Below are positions 63,201-64,000 of a stretch of 64,000 nucleotides of DNA, piece after piece (the stretch's first letter is position 1; each line of letters opens with the position of its first letter). The stretch spans positions 1 to 64,000 of the forward strand of contig LSRY02000041.1 of assembly GCA_001643675.2 (NCBI GenBank). Reading direction: 5' to 3'. The notes under the pieces are model-generated. The model saw only the letters and a list, made by a program, of their open reading frames with translations, was not told the DNA's origin and did not search any database. The DNA comes from Monocercomonoides exilis PA203. Its lineage: Eukaryota > Protista > Preaxostyla. Position numbers and translations under genes: made by a program.

Positions 63201-64000
63201 CTTCTTCTTTCTCTGCCACCACTTCTGCTTCTGTTCTCTTCAAAACTAATCCTCCAAATTCTTCTTCTTCCTCCTCCTCCTCCTTTTCAGATGTATCAGC
63301 AGGACATTCATCATCATCTTCTTCTTCTTCTTCATCTTCTTCTTCTTCCTCTTCTTCTCCTCTTTCTGTCTCTTCTCTCATTCCTTCCTCTTCCGACGAT
63401 TCTTCACAGCGTGGCCATTCTTTTGTGGCTGTTCAGACGAAACATCTTTCCGAAAAGGATTTTGCCACCCCAAAAAATGCTGTAGTGTTCAACATTTCAT
63501 ACAAAGACATACAAAAAGTGTGCAAATGATGTTAGTTCTATTTATTGGAATTTATTTATTTATTTATTTTTATTAATCTACATGTGTTTATAATGCATAT
63601 ATTCAACTTGTCATTATCTTTTCTTTTTTTCTTTTTTATCTCTTTTTTTCATTTTTCAAAAAAAAACGCATCAAATTCTTTTTCAATTATGTTTCTATTA
63701 AACTTTCTTTCATTCATTTTCTTCATTTCCTCTATTTTTCATTTCCTCTTTCTTCAGCCTCCGTCCAATCCTCCTCCAGCACCCCCATCTTGTCCAAAAG
63801 TATTTCCTCGTCCGCCTCCTCCTCCAAAACATCCACTTCCTCCCCCTCGCTCTCCTTCTACTCCTTCTCCTCCCTCTCGTGTTGCTTCTGCTTCTCCTCT
63901 CTCTTCCTCTTCCTCTTCCTCTTCCTCTTCTTCCTCCTTCTCCTTCTCCTCCTCTTCTTCTTCTTTGACTTCTCCTCCTTCTCTTTCAACCACATCCTCT
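60235..64000 (+). CDS. Multi-exon Ser-rich hypothetical protein, 3' partial
   Basis: Consecutive + ORFs joined by plausible introns (about 60640-60784, 60983-61063 and 63519-63757), with poly-Ser tracts. No recognisable domain. Confidence 0.65.

Overview
This window is the left end of a eukaryotic chromosome. The AT-rich composition, short introns with GTTTG...AG ends, a spliced tryptophanase and the multicopy families point to an oxymonad such as Monocercomonoides (inference). Bases 1-2640 are a (CCCTAA)n telomere carrying five exact copies of a variant insert, CCTAGTTTGAA. Directly inward are modules separated by short telomere-like seeds at about 3243, 6935 and 8703. Two modules each encode a roughly 950-1000 aa tyrosine recombinase with an intact R-K-HxxR-W-Y set, a shared predicted 5' intron and a C-terminal Myb/SANT-like domain. 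No reverse transcriptase was seen. This is the candidate novel system: a telomere-associated, possibly telomere-targeting, YR-Myb DNA element or telomere recombinase. The rest is a transposon-rich subtelomere: three IS1595/Merlin-type transposase loci (two with TIRs and 8-bp TSDs), several MITE/foldback elements, and large nested TIR elements carrying surface-gene fragments. It also holds a giant beta-helix-like membrane protein, three paralogues of a lineage-specific family (two sharing a 581-bp inverted identical tract), a 3-exon tryptophanase and a Ser-rich gene running off the end.
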